Source: Ophelia neglecta (Eukaryota). Taken from it: a stretch of DNA of 64,000 nucleotides. A model generated the notes under the pieces. That model searched no databases and was not told the DNA's origin. It worked only from the letters and a program-made list of their open reading frames with translations. Shown piece by piece: positions 15,297-26,849 of this stretch; the first letter of the stretch is position 1, and every line of letters starts with the position of its first letter. Location of the stretch: NCBI GenBank assembly GCA_965285935.1, contig OZ260665.1, forward strand, positions 46,066,001 through 46,130,000, written 5' to 3'. The translations under genes were made by a program, and so were the position numbers.

Positions 15297-17060
15297 TCAA
15301 CTGATTAACAACTTTGGATGGCGAACACCCTTTTTAGCAGCTTGATGGATGTGTCTGTCTATTTTATAAATTTTATGCTTCCCTTTGATTGGAAATTTCA
15401 CCAGAAGCACCTGAGGATTGTCACAAATAAACACAAAGGGACAACTAGATTCTCCACCTGGAAATTTCAATTGGTATTCTTCCTGGGAAAGACAGCTGGT
15501 GACATCAATTGAACCCAACAAACAGCCTACAGGATAAGACTCTGGAAAAGGAAGATTAGCATCTTCATACAGCTCCCGGTACTGCTGCTCTACTTCTGCT
15601 ATTTCATGCACATCTGGTGGTTTTGCTGTGGCTGCTATCCACAGACGCCCTCGATGAGGGGTGTACCAGGTGCGCCCCTCATGCTTTTTTATGCCAGCCA
15701 CCAACAAAGAGGCCCACGGCTGATGCATGCTCATAGCCATTCCATCGTCAGCCATTTCCTGAAGCTCTTTGTCCTGTATTCGCTTCTGCTTTGGTTTACT
15801 ACTTGCACTGACTAGGCCACTACTCCATGCATTGACATCACGATTCATGTTCAACTCTGGTGTGGGCACGAACTGTGGAGCCTGCTGTTTAATGCCCGGA
15901 TTGACCAAGTCCCCAAAATCCTCATTGCTAAAATTTGGCTCACTACCACTGCCGCTTTTCTTCTTACCAAAGTGCACTTCTTGTATAACATCATCATTTG
16001 TATTGTATATATCAATTTCATTATCAGTCTCCAAGACCCGCCGACCAGCAAAATCTAGAACCACTTTTCGGTCTTTACGGGATGCATGTTTCAGAGCTCT
16101 CAACTCCTCTTCCCTTTTCTGAAGCATTTCTTTTTCTTTCTTGCTCAGCCAAGTGTTAGAATCCGTAGAAAAATAATCAGATTCATCATCTATAACTTGT
16201 GTCCTCTTCACACTAGTTCTGTCATACTCCAGAAGGGTATTCTTGTGTTTTATAGCCTTATCTTCGTTTTCCTGCGCCTTGCTAGCCACTGAGGAAAGTG
16301 ACTGGTTGGTCTTTTCATTGGCTGATCCCAACAGATAGGTGCGTAACCTATCACTCTTTTTTGAGCCGCGATTGAGAATCTCCTGTTCCTCCTTTGAGCA
16401 CACTAAAGTTCCACAAAAGATGCAGGGACCAGACCCTTCCTGTTGGCATACTATACGGCCACATTTGGTGCAGTTACTCACCAGGGGGTGTTTTGCAGCT
16501 TGGCATTCACATGGATGACGGCCTGGCATTTTGGCCACCGTCTTTGATTCACCTTGGTCACTGAAAAGAGGGACAAATTTGGATTTCTTTTTAGCGCCCA
16601 TATCTTTACCCTGACTGAAGTCAGATGGGTTAGCAGATCCTCTGGGAGATGTGTTGACAGCTGGGGACTGCTCACTTGGTGTGTTCGGACTGTGATTTTG
16701 AGAATTGTTGGCATTCGAGAGATGCTGTTTTCCCTTCTTCTTTTCTTTTGAACTACTGTCAGGACACATTTTGTACCTGTCATCGTTCAATTCCTTTGGT
16801 TTCCGATAAACAGTGATACCATCTGGCACATAGGTGGTGTCAGGCCGGTGGCTATCACCTGGTGATCGCCATTTCCCTACCAACTCTTCAATAAACTTTC
16901 TGTTTTCAGGCACTGATGCGTCCATAAGCTCGTACATATATTCCTCCAACTCCTTCCGATCGTCGATGGCTAGAATATATTTTGCTATGTCTTCTGTAGC
17001 TTCGATGCCAAGTAATTTTGACATATTCTGACAGACCCATTGCACAACCGGGGAAGCCAT
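15297..17060 (-). CDS. TRIP4: Activating signal cointegrator 1 (TRIP4/ASC-1), 587 aa, single coding exon
   Basis: Uninterrupted 587-aa ORF. It has a PWI-like N-terminus (WVCQNMSKLLG..IAKYILAI), a C2HC5 zinc finger (CECQAAKHPLVSNCTKCGRIVCQQEGSGPCIFCG), the conserved LLEYDRTSVKRTQVIDDESDYF segment and a C-terminal ASCH domain (SMHQPWASLLVAGIKKHEGRTWYTPHRGRLWIAA). Confidence 0.97.
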   Translation of the reverse strand: MASPVVQWVCQNMSKLLGIEATEDIAKYILAIDDRKELEEYMYELMDASVPENRKFIEELVGKWRSPGDSHRPDTTYVPDGITVYRKPKELNDDRYKMCPDSSSKEKKKGKQHLSNANNSQNHSPNTPSEQSPAVNTSPRGSANPSDFSQGKDMGAKKKSKFVPLFSDQGESKTVAKMPGRHPCECQAAKHPLVSNCTKCGRIVCQQEGSGPCIFCGTLVCSKEEQEILNRGSKKSDRLRTYLLGSANEKTNQSLSSVASKAQENEDKAIKHKNTLLEYDRTSVKRTQVIDDESDYFSTDSNTWLSKKEKEMLQKREEELRALKHASRKDRKVVLDFAGRRVLETDNEIDIYNTNDDVIQEVHFGKKKSGSGSEPNFSNEDFGDLVNPGIKQQAPQFVPTPELNMNRDVNAWSSGLVSASSKPKQKRIQDKELQEMADDGMAMSMHQPWASLLVAGIKKHEGRTWYTPHRGRLWIAATAKPPDVHEIAEVEQQYRELYEDANLPFPESYPVGCLLGSIDVTSCLSQEEYQLKFPGGESSCPFVFICDNPQVLLVKFPIKGKHKIYKIDRHIHQAAKKGVRHPKLLIS

Positions 17061-17117
17061 TTTGCATTTTCTGGTTTCTTGTTGAGTGCAGTGAAGAGTT
17101 AGCCTGCCGCGCCTACT

Positions 17118-17300
17118 ACTTCCGATCAGTCACATCATACCACACTGTACCATGCGGGCCAGGAGGGGGGGTCAGGGAGTGGATATTATTTAATGTCGGG
17201 GGGGGGGGGGGGGGGGGCCGGGGGGGGGGGGTTGGGTGGACACATAAACCTTTGCCCCACCGAAGGGGTTTTAGATCATCTTGGGGGGGGGGGGGGGGCA
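17118..17300 (-). promoter_or_regulatory. Putative TRIP4 promoter: ETS-type motif plus G-tract cluster
   Basis: CGGAAGT on the minus strand (acttccg, 17118-17124) lies ~60 nt upstream of the ATG. Several long G runs follow at 17160-17298. Motif match only. Confidence 0.35.
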
Positions 17301-19565
17301 AAAAGTTGCAGCATCAAGGGCAATTTTTTATACACAATACTCAAATAAATTTAAAAAATTGTCACGATGGATGGCTAGAGCTCGGGAATTCAACACTCCC
17401 TACACAATGCACATTATCACATTATAAACTTAAAAAGTCTCAGCCCCTTGCTTTTTTCTTTACTGTTCATTTAGCTGAGACTATACGATTATAGAACTAG
17501 TCCAATGAAAGTAAATGTATTGATTGCGACGATAAGCACGACAATTATTTCGTTACATTTGGTTTGTTGTCATGGTTTTAAAGTCAGGCCAAAGGCAAAT
17601 AAACTGTTATATAAATGTACACTTTTAGAAAAAAAAAAGGCAATTCATTTTAAGAAAGTAGCGGAAATTAAGGATAATGTACTGTTTGTACTGCTCTATA
17701 TAGCAGTTGATTTATGTATAGCCAACTAAAAGTTACGCCATTCAGGATTCGGAAGTATAAAATTAGGAAGGTAAACGTATACAATAAAATGAAAATGTGG
17801 ATATTAGAACTACAGTGCGTTGTTTGGGTGATTTGACATAGGCCAAGCTGAATCAAAGGAAGTTTGTCCTAGTGACGTTTTGACGGTGGTGAGCTGAACC
17901 TTTATCCATTATTTACAGTAACTAGTATTAAACTTGGTCACGTTCTTCCTCACAGTTATGTTTTTCATGAACATCATAAATAGCATATTCTGTGAAGCCT
18001 ATAAAGTTGTTGTTTTGACCGTGATCCGAAAAGTAATCAAACCTTAATTTTTCTTGACGCGGGAAATGTTCATTTACCCGAACCTGGAAAACCTGCACGC
18101 CGTTAAACATTTAGTTTTGGCCTAAACGATTACAATTTACAGAAAAATCAAAGGATAGATAGACAAAGCCATTGTTCAGTAACAAAATTATATAATAATC
18201 ATAAACAAGGGCACACATCTACTCCTCTTGGCTAGTTTGGTATTTGAATTTGTCATTTTCTTGGAGTATGCGATACAGGCCTAGATTACCTGTCAAACAA
18301 AAACTTCCTTTTCTCTTATATGCATGTTTACCTGTGCATGAATAATCCAAATATATATTTATCACTGAGAAGCAAGTATTGTTGTATCTTAATAAGCTTC
18401 AACTACTAAAGATGCGTCAGAATATGGTATTAGTGTTTTCTTTTGCATCTGGAATTGTGGACTACTTTAAACTAATAAACCACATGAAGGCACGATCTTA
18501 GGTTTTTCCATACATTGTAATTCCGACGGCAGACTTGACGCCATCGTTATCGAAGTTTCATTTTAACATGCGTTAAGAGAACCATATTGCAACGTTCCAG
18601 AGGGGAAATAGGTCACATTGGGTACGCCTTCTCTAGGGGTAGTAAGGATTTAGTCATTATATCACAGTCTGCCCTAATATGCCAAGGACTATAATCTTAT
18701 TTTTGGAGTCGAGTATGATACCCGGCAGGCAAAACCAATCGATCAAGTAACGACCAAGCAAGGTGCCAGTGATCAGTCACACCAGAGAAGCGTTTAGTGC
18801 CCCCCCCCCCCCCGCCATCACTATAACACACCCACAAGCCTAAACTGCATCCACACCCAACACCACCCGCCGACGCAAGACACAAGGTACCAACATAGTA
18901 GGCAACTTGGTACATGTAGCAAGCATCACACACAGTATTCGGTCAACTCTGTGGAGAATTTTCACCTCATGAAATCATCATATGGCCAGAACCCCCCCTT
19001 TTCCCATTCTCAAAGTTGCGCCAGTGGCGGTATGCCATCTTCGAATTGTAAAAACTGCTTCCCTTTATAGTGGGAGGAAACATCGAAACTCTCTACAGAT
19101 CGCTATCTATAAGAAAAAGAGATCCGCGTAGGATTCTGATCAACATTTGTTGTTCTAAAAACTCCCTATCAACCTAAAACGCCTTAAAATGTCAACATTT
19201 AAAAATTGATATACACGTAAGTCGTACGGCATTTTTTTGTTGCTTCTTGACAATCCATGTTTTCTAAACTGTTATTTCCCGAAAGAATAAATCCAACCGG
19301 ATCACCTCAACTGTTAATGCAGACGACAATATATTGTGCATAATTACTGGCTTTTGAAGGCGTTTGCAATTAAGGAGCAAATTTGCTACCTGCAAAAAAG
19401 CGGACTATGACTGTTATCAAGATATATGATAAGTGACTGGTAATGACAGTTATTATCAGTTAGTATGAGGTGCAGTGTGACATTGTGCAGACGTCTAGTT
19501 TTTTTTTTTTTTTTAGTTCAGAGTAGACCCATGTCTACAATCTGCAAAGACTATAAACCTTTGTT

Positions 19566-19835
19566 AAAATTAAAGGTAAAGGTAACGGTAGAGTTTATAG
19601 TATTGATCCAGGTAAATGTGCTCTCATGACTTTACCATTAGCTCCCCCGCTGAATGAACCTGCATCTGACCAAAGCATTCTCATCTCCCTGGGGAGAGAG
19701 TGTATATTATTGAGTATGTTAAATTTACAATACATGAAGCGCACGCTGCTATCTAGAACAGGCGCATGTATGTACTGTAGTTTATATTGGTACATACTGT
19801 GTATATTCTTTGTTACAATGTCTGCCAGGTACGTC
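19566..19835 (-). mobile_element. Possible SINE-like remnant
   Basis: Short simple tail (aaaggt)n followed by tttatag...catgactttac...ctccctggggag...gccaggtac. These blocks resemble conserved-core invertebrate SINEs from memory and are unverified. Confidence 0.25.
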
Positions 19836-21871
19836 AACCTCGGCAATAGGCCCCCGTAATAGGGACGCTGTCGCGATGACGCATTGATAGAAACCTGGTA
19901 TGTCACAGTGGATGGAGAACCCATGTTTTTTCATGGTTTAATGAACAAGACTTTGTTTTTGTGTTTCTTCTTTTCTCTGTGTGAAATTAAAACGCTATTT
20001 TTGAATAAAATACAATATTCTTAATAACGCACCTGCTTATTTTAGCATTGTAAAAAGCATTGCTTATAATTGTGGTCGTGATTGGACAGGCAGTCTGATG
20101 TATTGTGAGTGGCGATACATGCCTGTAGCGTGGATAATTGGGAGTTGGCATTAACTGAATGGGAAGATGTAGGGACACCATTCCTCGGGTAGTTTTTGCT
20201 GGAAATTTTATTACCCCATCCCATCAGAGACTGATTCGATATAGTGTTATATGCCACCCTCTCCCCCCTTACCCATCCGAGACCCAACTGACTCTATTAA
20301 TCTCTATAATCTCTATAAATATGAATCCCCCATGGGAATGTTTCCCGTACGCAAAGCTCCCATGTGTTCAGTTTGATCTCGGGCCGCTGGGGGGGGGGGG
20401 GGGGGGATTGGGGTTTTGATTCTTTTTACCAAACTAAGCTCTCTTATTTGCATGAAGAGAATTTTTATTTCATAGGCACAGTTAAATGGAGATTTAACCT
20501 TTTTTTCAAGTTTCATGTTACTTTCGGAAATTTGGGGACTTGCATGGTTGCTAAGAAAAGGCCGTTTGAGTAATAAACAGCCAATTCGAGGCTTCCAGTG
20601 TTCAATAAATCTCCTGTCTATATCTTGAAAAGAAGTGCGGAGACTCTATATTTCATGTTTAATATCAGTAAGGTTTTTAAGAATAAAGAGTAGTTGAAAC
20701 TTTTAACCAGACTTTACATAATATGAACGGAAAAAGTCTATATTTTACAGCGTTTAACCCCGACATTGGCAAATATCATCCACATTATATAATTCGCACG
20801 AAAACTGCTCAATATAAGCCATGCATACCAAAGTCAAAACTATGTAGAGTACATTTGACGAAATAAACACGGCTTGATGCAATAAACGGTCTTTCCCAGT
20901 GACCTTTCTTAAATGCACTCCCAACCTGATAGTTAATTCCGGTTATGTAAATTGGTGCCTAATGCTGAATGCAAAAAGAAGTTTTGTTACAGTGCATGCT
21001 TGTTGCACAAGGCCTAATTTCCTGCATATAGGCTACTTCTAATAATCACCACAGTTTAACTGTATAAAAAACACTGTTATGATTTCACATTTTCCCATAT
21101 GACTGATAACCGGAGCGTCCTCTAAATGTTTCATTCTCTTCGTTAATGACAATTTCTGTCTAACAAAGAGTAAAGTCATCTGTTTTGACCTATGTTTATG
21201 TAGGAAACACATATAATACAAACTCCATGTCCTCATCAAAATACAATGAAATTAGCGAGACAAAACGTTTTAACATTTTCTTGTTTAAACTGAGATTAGG
21301 GTACAATTGCGCTTGCTTTGTATTTACCTTAAAACAGAATGCCCACAGGTCTTCTATACTCCAGTATTGAGATGCTGATGGACGAACTTCTGTATCCTAG
21401 GATTGTAAATAATAACATTATATACTAACACCATTCGTATTCTTATTATATATTCCAGGTATTATATATATGTCTATCTTTTATGTAAACACTTTGCTAT
21501 ACGGCAAAAAAAAGTAATCGTCTAGATGTGTGCTGGCGATTTGTCTTTAAGTGTTTCATTAGAGAGATATCACATAACCTAATCTGGGGTTTCTTTTACC
21601 CACGTATTTCGTGTATGGCCTATATTTTCAATAAATAAACCACCAGGAAAACGTGATATTCGGTACCACCTTTGACTTTACCGTGTCCAAGGAAAGCATT
21701 GATAAAATTCTCTTTCTTTCAGGTAAAGATACATACGAGTGACTTTTTGTTTGTTGAGTAGTATGTGGGAGTAAGTGATCACGACTACATGGAAAAACGA
21801 CGTATCACAACTAAATAGTAAAAGTCTACACTCGCCAAGTTAAGCGACAAACTAATGACTGCCAAAATAAA

Positions 21872-22028
21872 GTCATGATATTGTATTTCAATAAAAACCC
21901 TCGTGCAACCCGAGTCCTACACGAGCCAAGTTAATTTTTATTGATTTGCGCGTTAATATCACGACCCAAACGAGCATTCTTTAATTGGTTGAAATATAAT
22001 TTTGGCTTAGCTTAATAACTATAGTTAT
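21872..22028. mobile_element. Imperfect long hairpin plus 14-bp palindrome, probable transposon end remnant
   Basis: Nested arms gtcatgatatt/aatatcacgac, tcaataaaaa/tttttattga and ctcgtg/cacgag at 21872-21965. ATAACTATAGTTAT lies at 22015-22028. A Crypton-like assignment would be tentative recall only. Confidence 0.35.
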
Positions 22029-22559
22029 CTCAAATGAAATATTAATTATTATGTTTTATATGCATAATTGTTTCAAGCACACTGTCACCTGTTCTTTGAA
22101 CCGCAAATTATACTTCTAAAGTGCCCACGGGAGGAGGGAGCAAGTAAGTAGTTATACAGGCCTACACCATATCGATAGGTATTACTGTGACACCCGAATG
22201 CCAGGTACTGTTGGTGAGGTTACACGTACATGTTAGGCTGTAACCGTTCATATCAGCCTCTTTCTGTATATCTGCATCACCGTCACTCCCGCTAAAAAAA
22301 ACTCATTTCGTAATTCGTTTCGTTTTTTGTTGCGGTTTGGTTGTTGTTGTTGGTTTAGTCTTTCTTTTTTTAAGGCGGGGAAGTTGTAGCCATACACAAC
22401 GTGAACAGGGAGTTGGTTAAAGCATCTTTATTAGGGATTGGTCAAATAACCACACAAATCCCTTTTTTTGTGGGGTGATAATAGGTAAAAAAAATGTAAA
22501 AAGAAAATAATAAGCACAAGGATGATATATATATATATAATGACACTGATAAGCCTAAC

Positions 22560-23275
22560 ACATGCCCTGTGATAACTAGAAATTCTGCGGCATGACATGT
22601 TGTTTTACCTCGAAGTTGACGGGTAGTTGCCCTTGAGGTTCTGAAAAACCCGACCCATTCATGTACAGAGTGAACCTGGCAAAAAAAGGACCAATCCATG
22701 TAAAACGGTTAAGATGAATATAGCCGGTTATTAAAATGTCTCTCAAGTAATAAAGAAGCATGATTTATCCATCTATATACGCCCACTCGTACATACATTC
22801 AGGAGATAAGACCCACGCACCAATATGTACGGGCTGGAAGAAAATGGACTTAATACATGTTAATCCTTGACCTGAAAAACCCATGGACCCATGAAAGGTG
22901 TAGTTGAATATGAACTCAATACATGTACATTTAAGCAGTGGAAAACTCTGTAGCCATAAACGTAAGCGGCTTATCTTTGTATGCCATTATGACGAAGGCC
23001 AAATATGTACCGATACATGTAAGTATACGAAAGGTTTCTGAAATAAAGAAACACATTTTGCCTACCAAAAGTTATAAAATTCATTAAAAAAATACCTTTC
23101 CACGGAAGTTTAGCCGAAAATTGACCCCATCATGTAAATATTACGGGCCTGGGTAAAGCACACATGAAAGTGTTAGCCAATAATAGACCCATGCATGTAA
23201 ATCCCGGCTCTAAAAACCCACCCATGTAAGCGGCACGTCTCGGAATACGAATATAACGGACCCTCCCCCCCCCCT
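22560..23275. mobile_element. Non-autonomous DNA-transposon-like remnant with internal degenerate repeats
   Basis: Recurrent AAAA-n-ACCC-n-CATGTA motif at ~22644, 22681, 22874, 23117, 23181 and 23212, ending in gcggcacgtc...ccccccccc. Family not identified. Confidence 0.45.
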
Positions 23276-24771
23276 GTTTCTTGCAGCCTTTGAAAACAGC
23301 TGGTTTGAATTTTACCTTTTTGTTTCCTATCGGTTGTAAACAAGCATTATTGACATTAAATGAATGAGTTTGGATGAATATGTATATATGATATTATTTG
23401 TAAAGCATCTGATAAAAAATGTAATTCCTTAGGCTTTTGGCTTTCAACTACGATTGGGAGTTGGTGGGAAACGCATAGCTAACAGCCAAGGCAGCTCCTC
23501 CAGAAAGAAAGTGGTATATGGTGCTAAAAGTGTAGAGACTAAGTGTTCAGTAGTACCCGAGAATACAGCAACAGTATAAAAATATCAGGTCTGTTTGAGT
23601 ATACTATAAAGCAGTGGAAAGAAATATTTAAGAAATGCTATTAAAAAAAGTCTCAGAAAAAGTTATGAAATGGAAAACTACTGACTAGACACTGAAATAT
23701 TTTACATTTTTATTTCACTTCGCCATATGAGGTGGACTAGGCCCCGGTCTCGTCTTTCTCCCCACGACGTCTGGGCTTCAAAATACAATGAATGTCTACG
23801 CAAGGGAAATAAGATAAGAATGTCCAAGAAGTTTTGCACCAAGGCTTATTTAGAATCTATCCAAATACATGTATTTAAATATTAATACCCCATAGACGGT
23901 TTCCCATTAATGCAACTGAAGTAGGATGACTTTTAATTGTCCTGCCCACACCAAACGATATATTCGCCTAAAACGGTAAAAAATCCGTCTTCATTTTATT
24001 CTATTTTTCATTGTCAATTTTGCATAGACATTTCAAGCAGAAAATGACACAGGATTTTCAGCCTGGACCTTTTCTGCTAATAGACGGTTAAAGGTGTCTT
24101 ATTGGCCTGGGGGTATATACATCACATTTGTAAAATTCATATTTCGGTTAACAGTTTCCAGCCAGAATAAACAACGCGCAAAAATTTCTGCAATATTTAT
24201 TTGTTTATTTATTTCCCCTTTTAAAAATAGCGTATTTGTCACTATTAACTAAGTTTTAAAAGCTATTTAGAAGCTTTTGCTAGAAACATAGATTTTTTTT
24301 GCACGTGTTCCAAACCATATACTTGCCATTTCTGACATTTTATGCAGTCTAATTCAAGAAGGACTTATTTGCAATTGAGGTGGTCTCCAAAATTCTGAAA
24401 TTGAAATGCTGCTGCCGTTTTTCGTAAATTTAAATAGCTATTATAAATTGTTGACGGCGTACGTCTACCTAGATTTTCATTCATATAAATCTTAATATAT
24501 CTTTTTTAAAAAGCATAATGAGTTGCCTTTTGCACAACACATATTATACCCAAAATCTTGCTTGAAATGCAATAGTTAGTAAAATGTGTACTCTGATTTC
24601 ACTTGTAAATTGCAGATGCACTTACGGTCACATGATTGTGGCTGAGCAGCATGTAGATTGTTTATAGTTCCTAATAGACATAAGCCTATATATTAAAGTG
24701 CTCTGTCTAACTGAGTAAAGGTCAGACCTTTCAGATGTATGTTAAGGTCAAATCCCTAGGCATAATTTGAT

Positions 24772-24830
24772 GTCATGTTAAAGATTTCCTGAGTGTTCAG
24801 ATTGAACACTCAGGAAATCTTTAACATGAC
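24772..24830. repeat. Perfect inverted repeat, 28-bp arms with a 3-nt loop
   Basis: gtcatgttaaagatttcctgagtgttca-gat-tgaacactcaggaaatctttaacatgac. The arms are exact reverse complements. Confidence 0.97.
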
Positions 24831-26849
24831 TTAACTCTAGCCAAGCACTGCAATCCCTTTTTGAGTAAAATCATACGCATGATGGTTCCCAATTTCGCGA
24901 AAATGGGGTATTTTTCTCCACTTGAGAAAGTCCGTGAAAACCTGAAGAAATGGTTTTTTTCTCAAACAGAACAGCATGATTCCATCAGGCAATGGGTGGC
25001 CAGATGGGATCCATTGTTGTTTTCATAATGTTCATATGTTTTGCTCTGGTCGAATCACAAGGTAAAAAAAAAAAAAATGCATTTCATTTCCTTGCCTAAA
25101 ATGAGTTACTTTTTAAATGTCAGTGGTTGGGAGCATTTTTACCAGAAATCAGTGGAAAAGGGGTAACAATCATATGAACTTTTTATCTGGAGTGCAAACA
25201 TCATTCTGGTTTTTTGTTTCTTTGACAAGTAAACAAATTTCTCAAAAAAGATCATCGTACCTCGTAAAGCTATCAGTGCATAGAGCATAAATTATGGCAC
25301 ATCTGTTTCATGCAAATATATAAACAAAGTAGTTTAGTTTTGGTAATTATGGTATAGTTATTAGGCTTCTTATGCACTTGTTTACCAAGGGAATAGTGTC
25401 AAATTTGGAATATTTTTTTCTGTCTTCACAATGATGACTATACAAATATCGGAGTGATATTTTGTTAATTTTAAAACAACTGGAACTTTATTTAGTACTG
25501 GCTTCATCCAGTTTAGACTTGATGGGTGTGTCCGTACATGAAAGCACAAACAGTCAAATTTAGGACTTTAAACAAATAAGTCTCAGTATTAACTTCATTT
25601 AAAAAAAATAAAACCTGTTTCTGCATAATTATAAGGTTAAATTCAGGTAATGTTTATAGAAATTGTCAAGTTGTGTCAAAGTTATTAAGCTAATTATTGC
25701 CAATTGCGAGAGGCATAAAGATTTGGAAAACTGTTACTCTGTTTATTGAAATCCTTAGATACTGAAAAAATGTAACAACTTGACAATGGACTAGTTCATG
25801 CACTTTGTTTCAAACAGTCATCATGTATGACGAAGCCATTCTTTGTATAAATGTATCACAAAATAACATTTGGTCGGCATCATCCGAAAAGAACAATGAA
25901 AGGATAATATACATTTTGATACATTACCCCAAATTTTAAGGCTGTGTAAGTCGGTTGTAACTCATGTTGAAACACATATTAATACATGCCGTCTGGGAAC
26001 AAACAGATGCCGAATTAGGCTTGGAAAATCACATTTTAATCAATTTTGTAAAAATGAGAAAGGGCGGGTTATGCAATTTAAAGATAGCAGACGCCTGGAC
26101 CTGTTCTAGACCACCTGTATGAGAGTGGTATGATTCTGGTACCTATTAAAGGTGCAGTGACGAATTTAATTTGGGTCAAAGGTTAAATGTACTTGTTCTT
26201 ATGTTTTACAAAATGAAACACTTTTTTGATGACAACAGTTACACGCCTTTATTGGCAATAACGATGTCTTGGTTGTAACTGTATCTTGAAATGAGCGCGC
26301 TTTTTACCCGTAGGCCAATAGCAGCACAAAAACCTCTAATGTAAATGAAAGGGAACGCCATGCACACAATAACTGCCCGCCATTCCAGGATACAAGGGAG
26401 TTTCTGTTAGTTATATATTCAAAGTTTGTGATCACGTTTAATGTCTACGCCTTCAACAGATCAGTCAAGTGGCACAAATTTTATATAAGTACTGACTTCG
26501 AAGAATTTGATGTGACGTAAATTAAGGTTTTCTATTGATTTTCATCACAGAAGCTCGCTGTTATCGACGTATGTTAAATCAATATGCGTTAGCATTTTTA
26601 GAAAATGGCAACTAATGCCCTCGTAATTAACCCCATTATTTCTTTGTTGGTTCAACTGTCCTTATTTTATTATGAGTGCGTTTTTCCACTGTGTCGCAGT
26701 ACAAAAACACACACGCTAGTTACTTCGTTAATGAGACAGACCTTAAAGTAAAAGTATTATAAAATTAACAACATTTGATCACGTACATATAAAACTATAA
26801 ATGGCACTTTTTGTGATTTATCAACAACGGAATGCCTATTTATCTTGTC

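Noticed and set aside
15318-17031. Short plus-strand and alternative-frame ORFs inside TRIP4, and likewise inside the otopetrin ORF
   Set aside because: Shadows of the long coding ORFs, with no independent motifs.
17018-17494. 158-aa Gly-rich ORF
   Set aside because: Produced by G homopolymers. It starts at a non-ATG codon and has no domain.
26146-26746. Kolobok-like TTAA-flanked element (similar start at ~7706)
   Set aside because: The left ends resemble each other, but I could not establish matching terminal inverted repeats.
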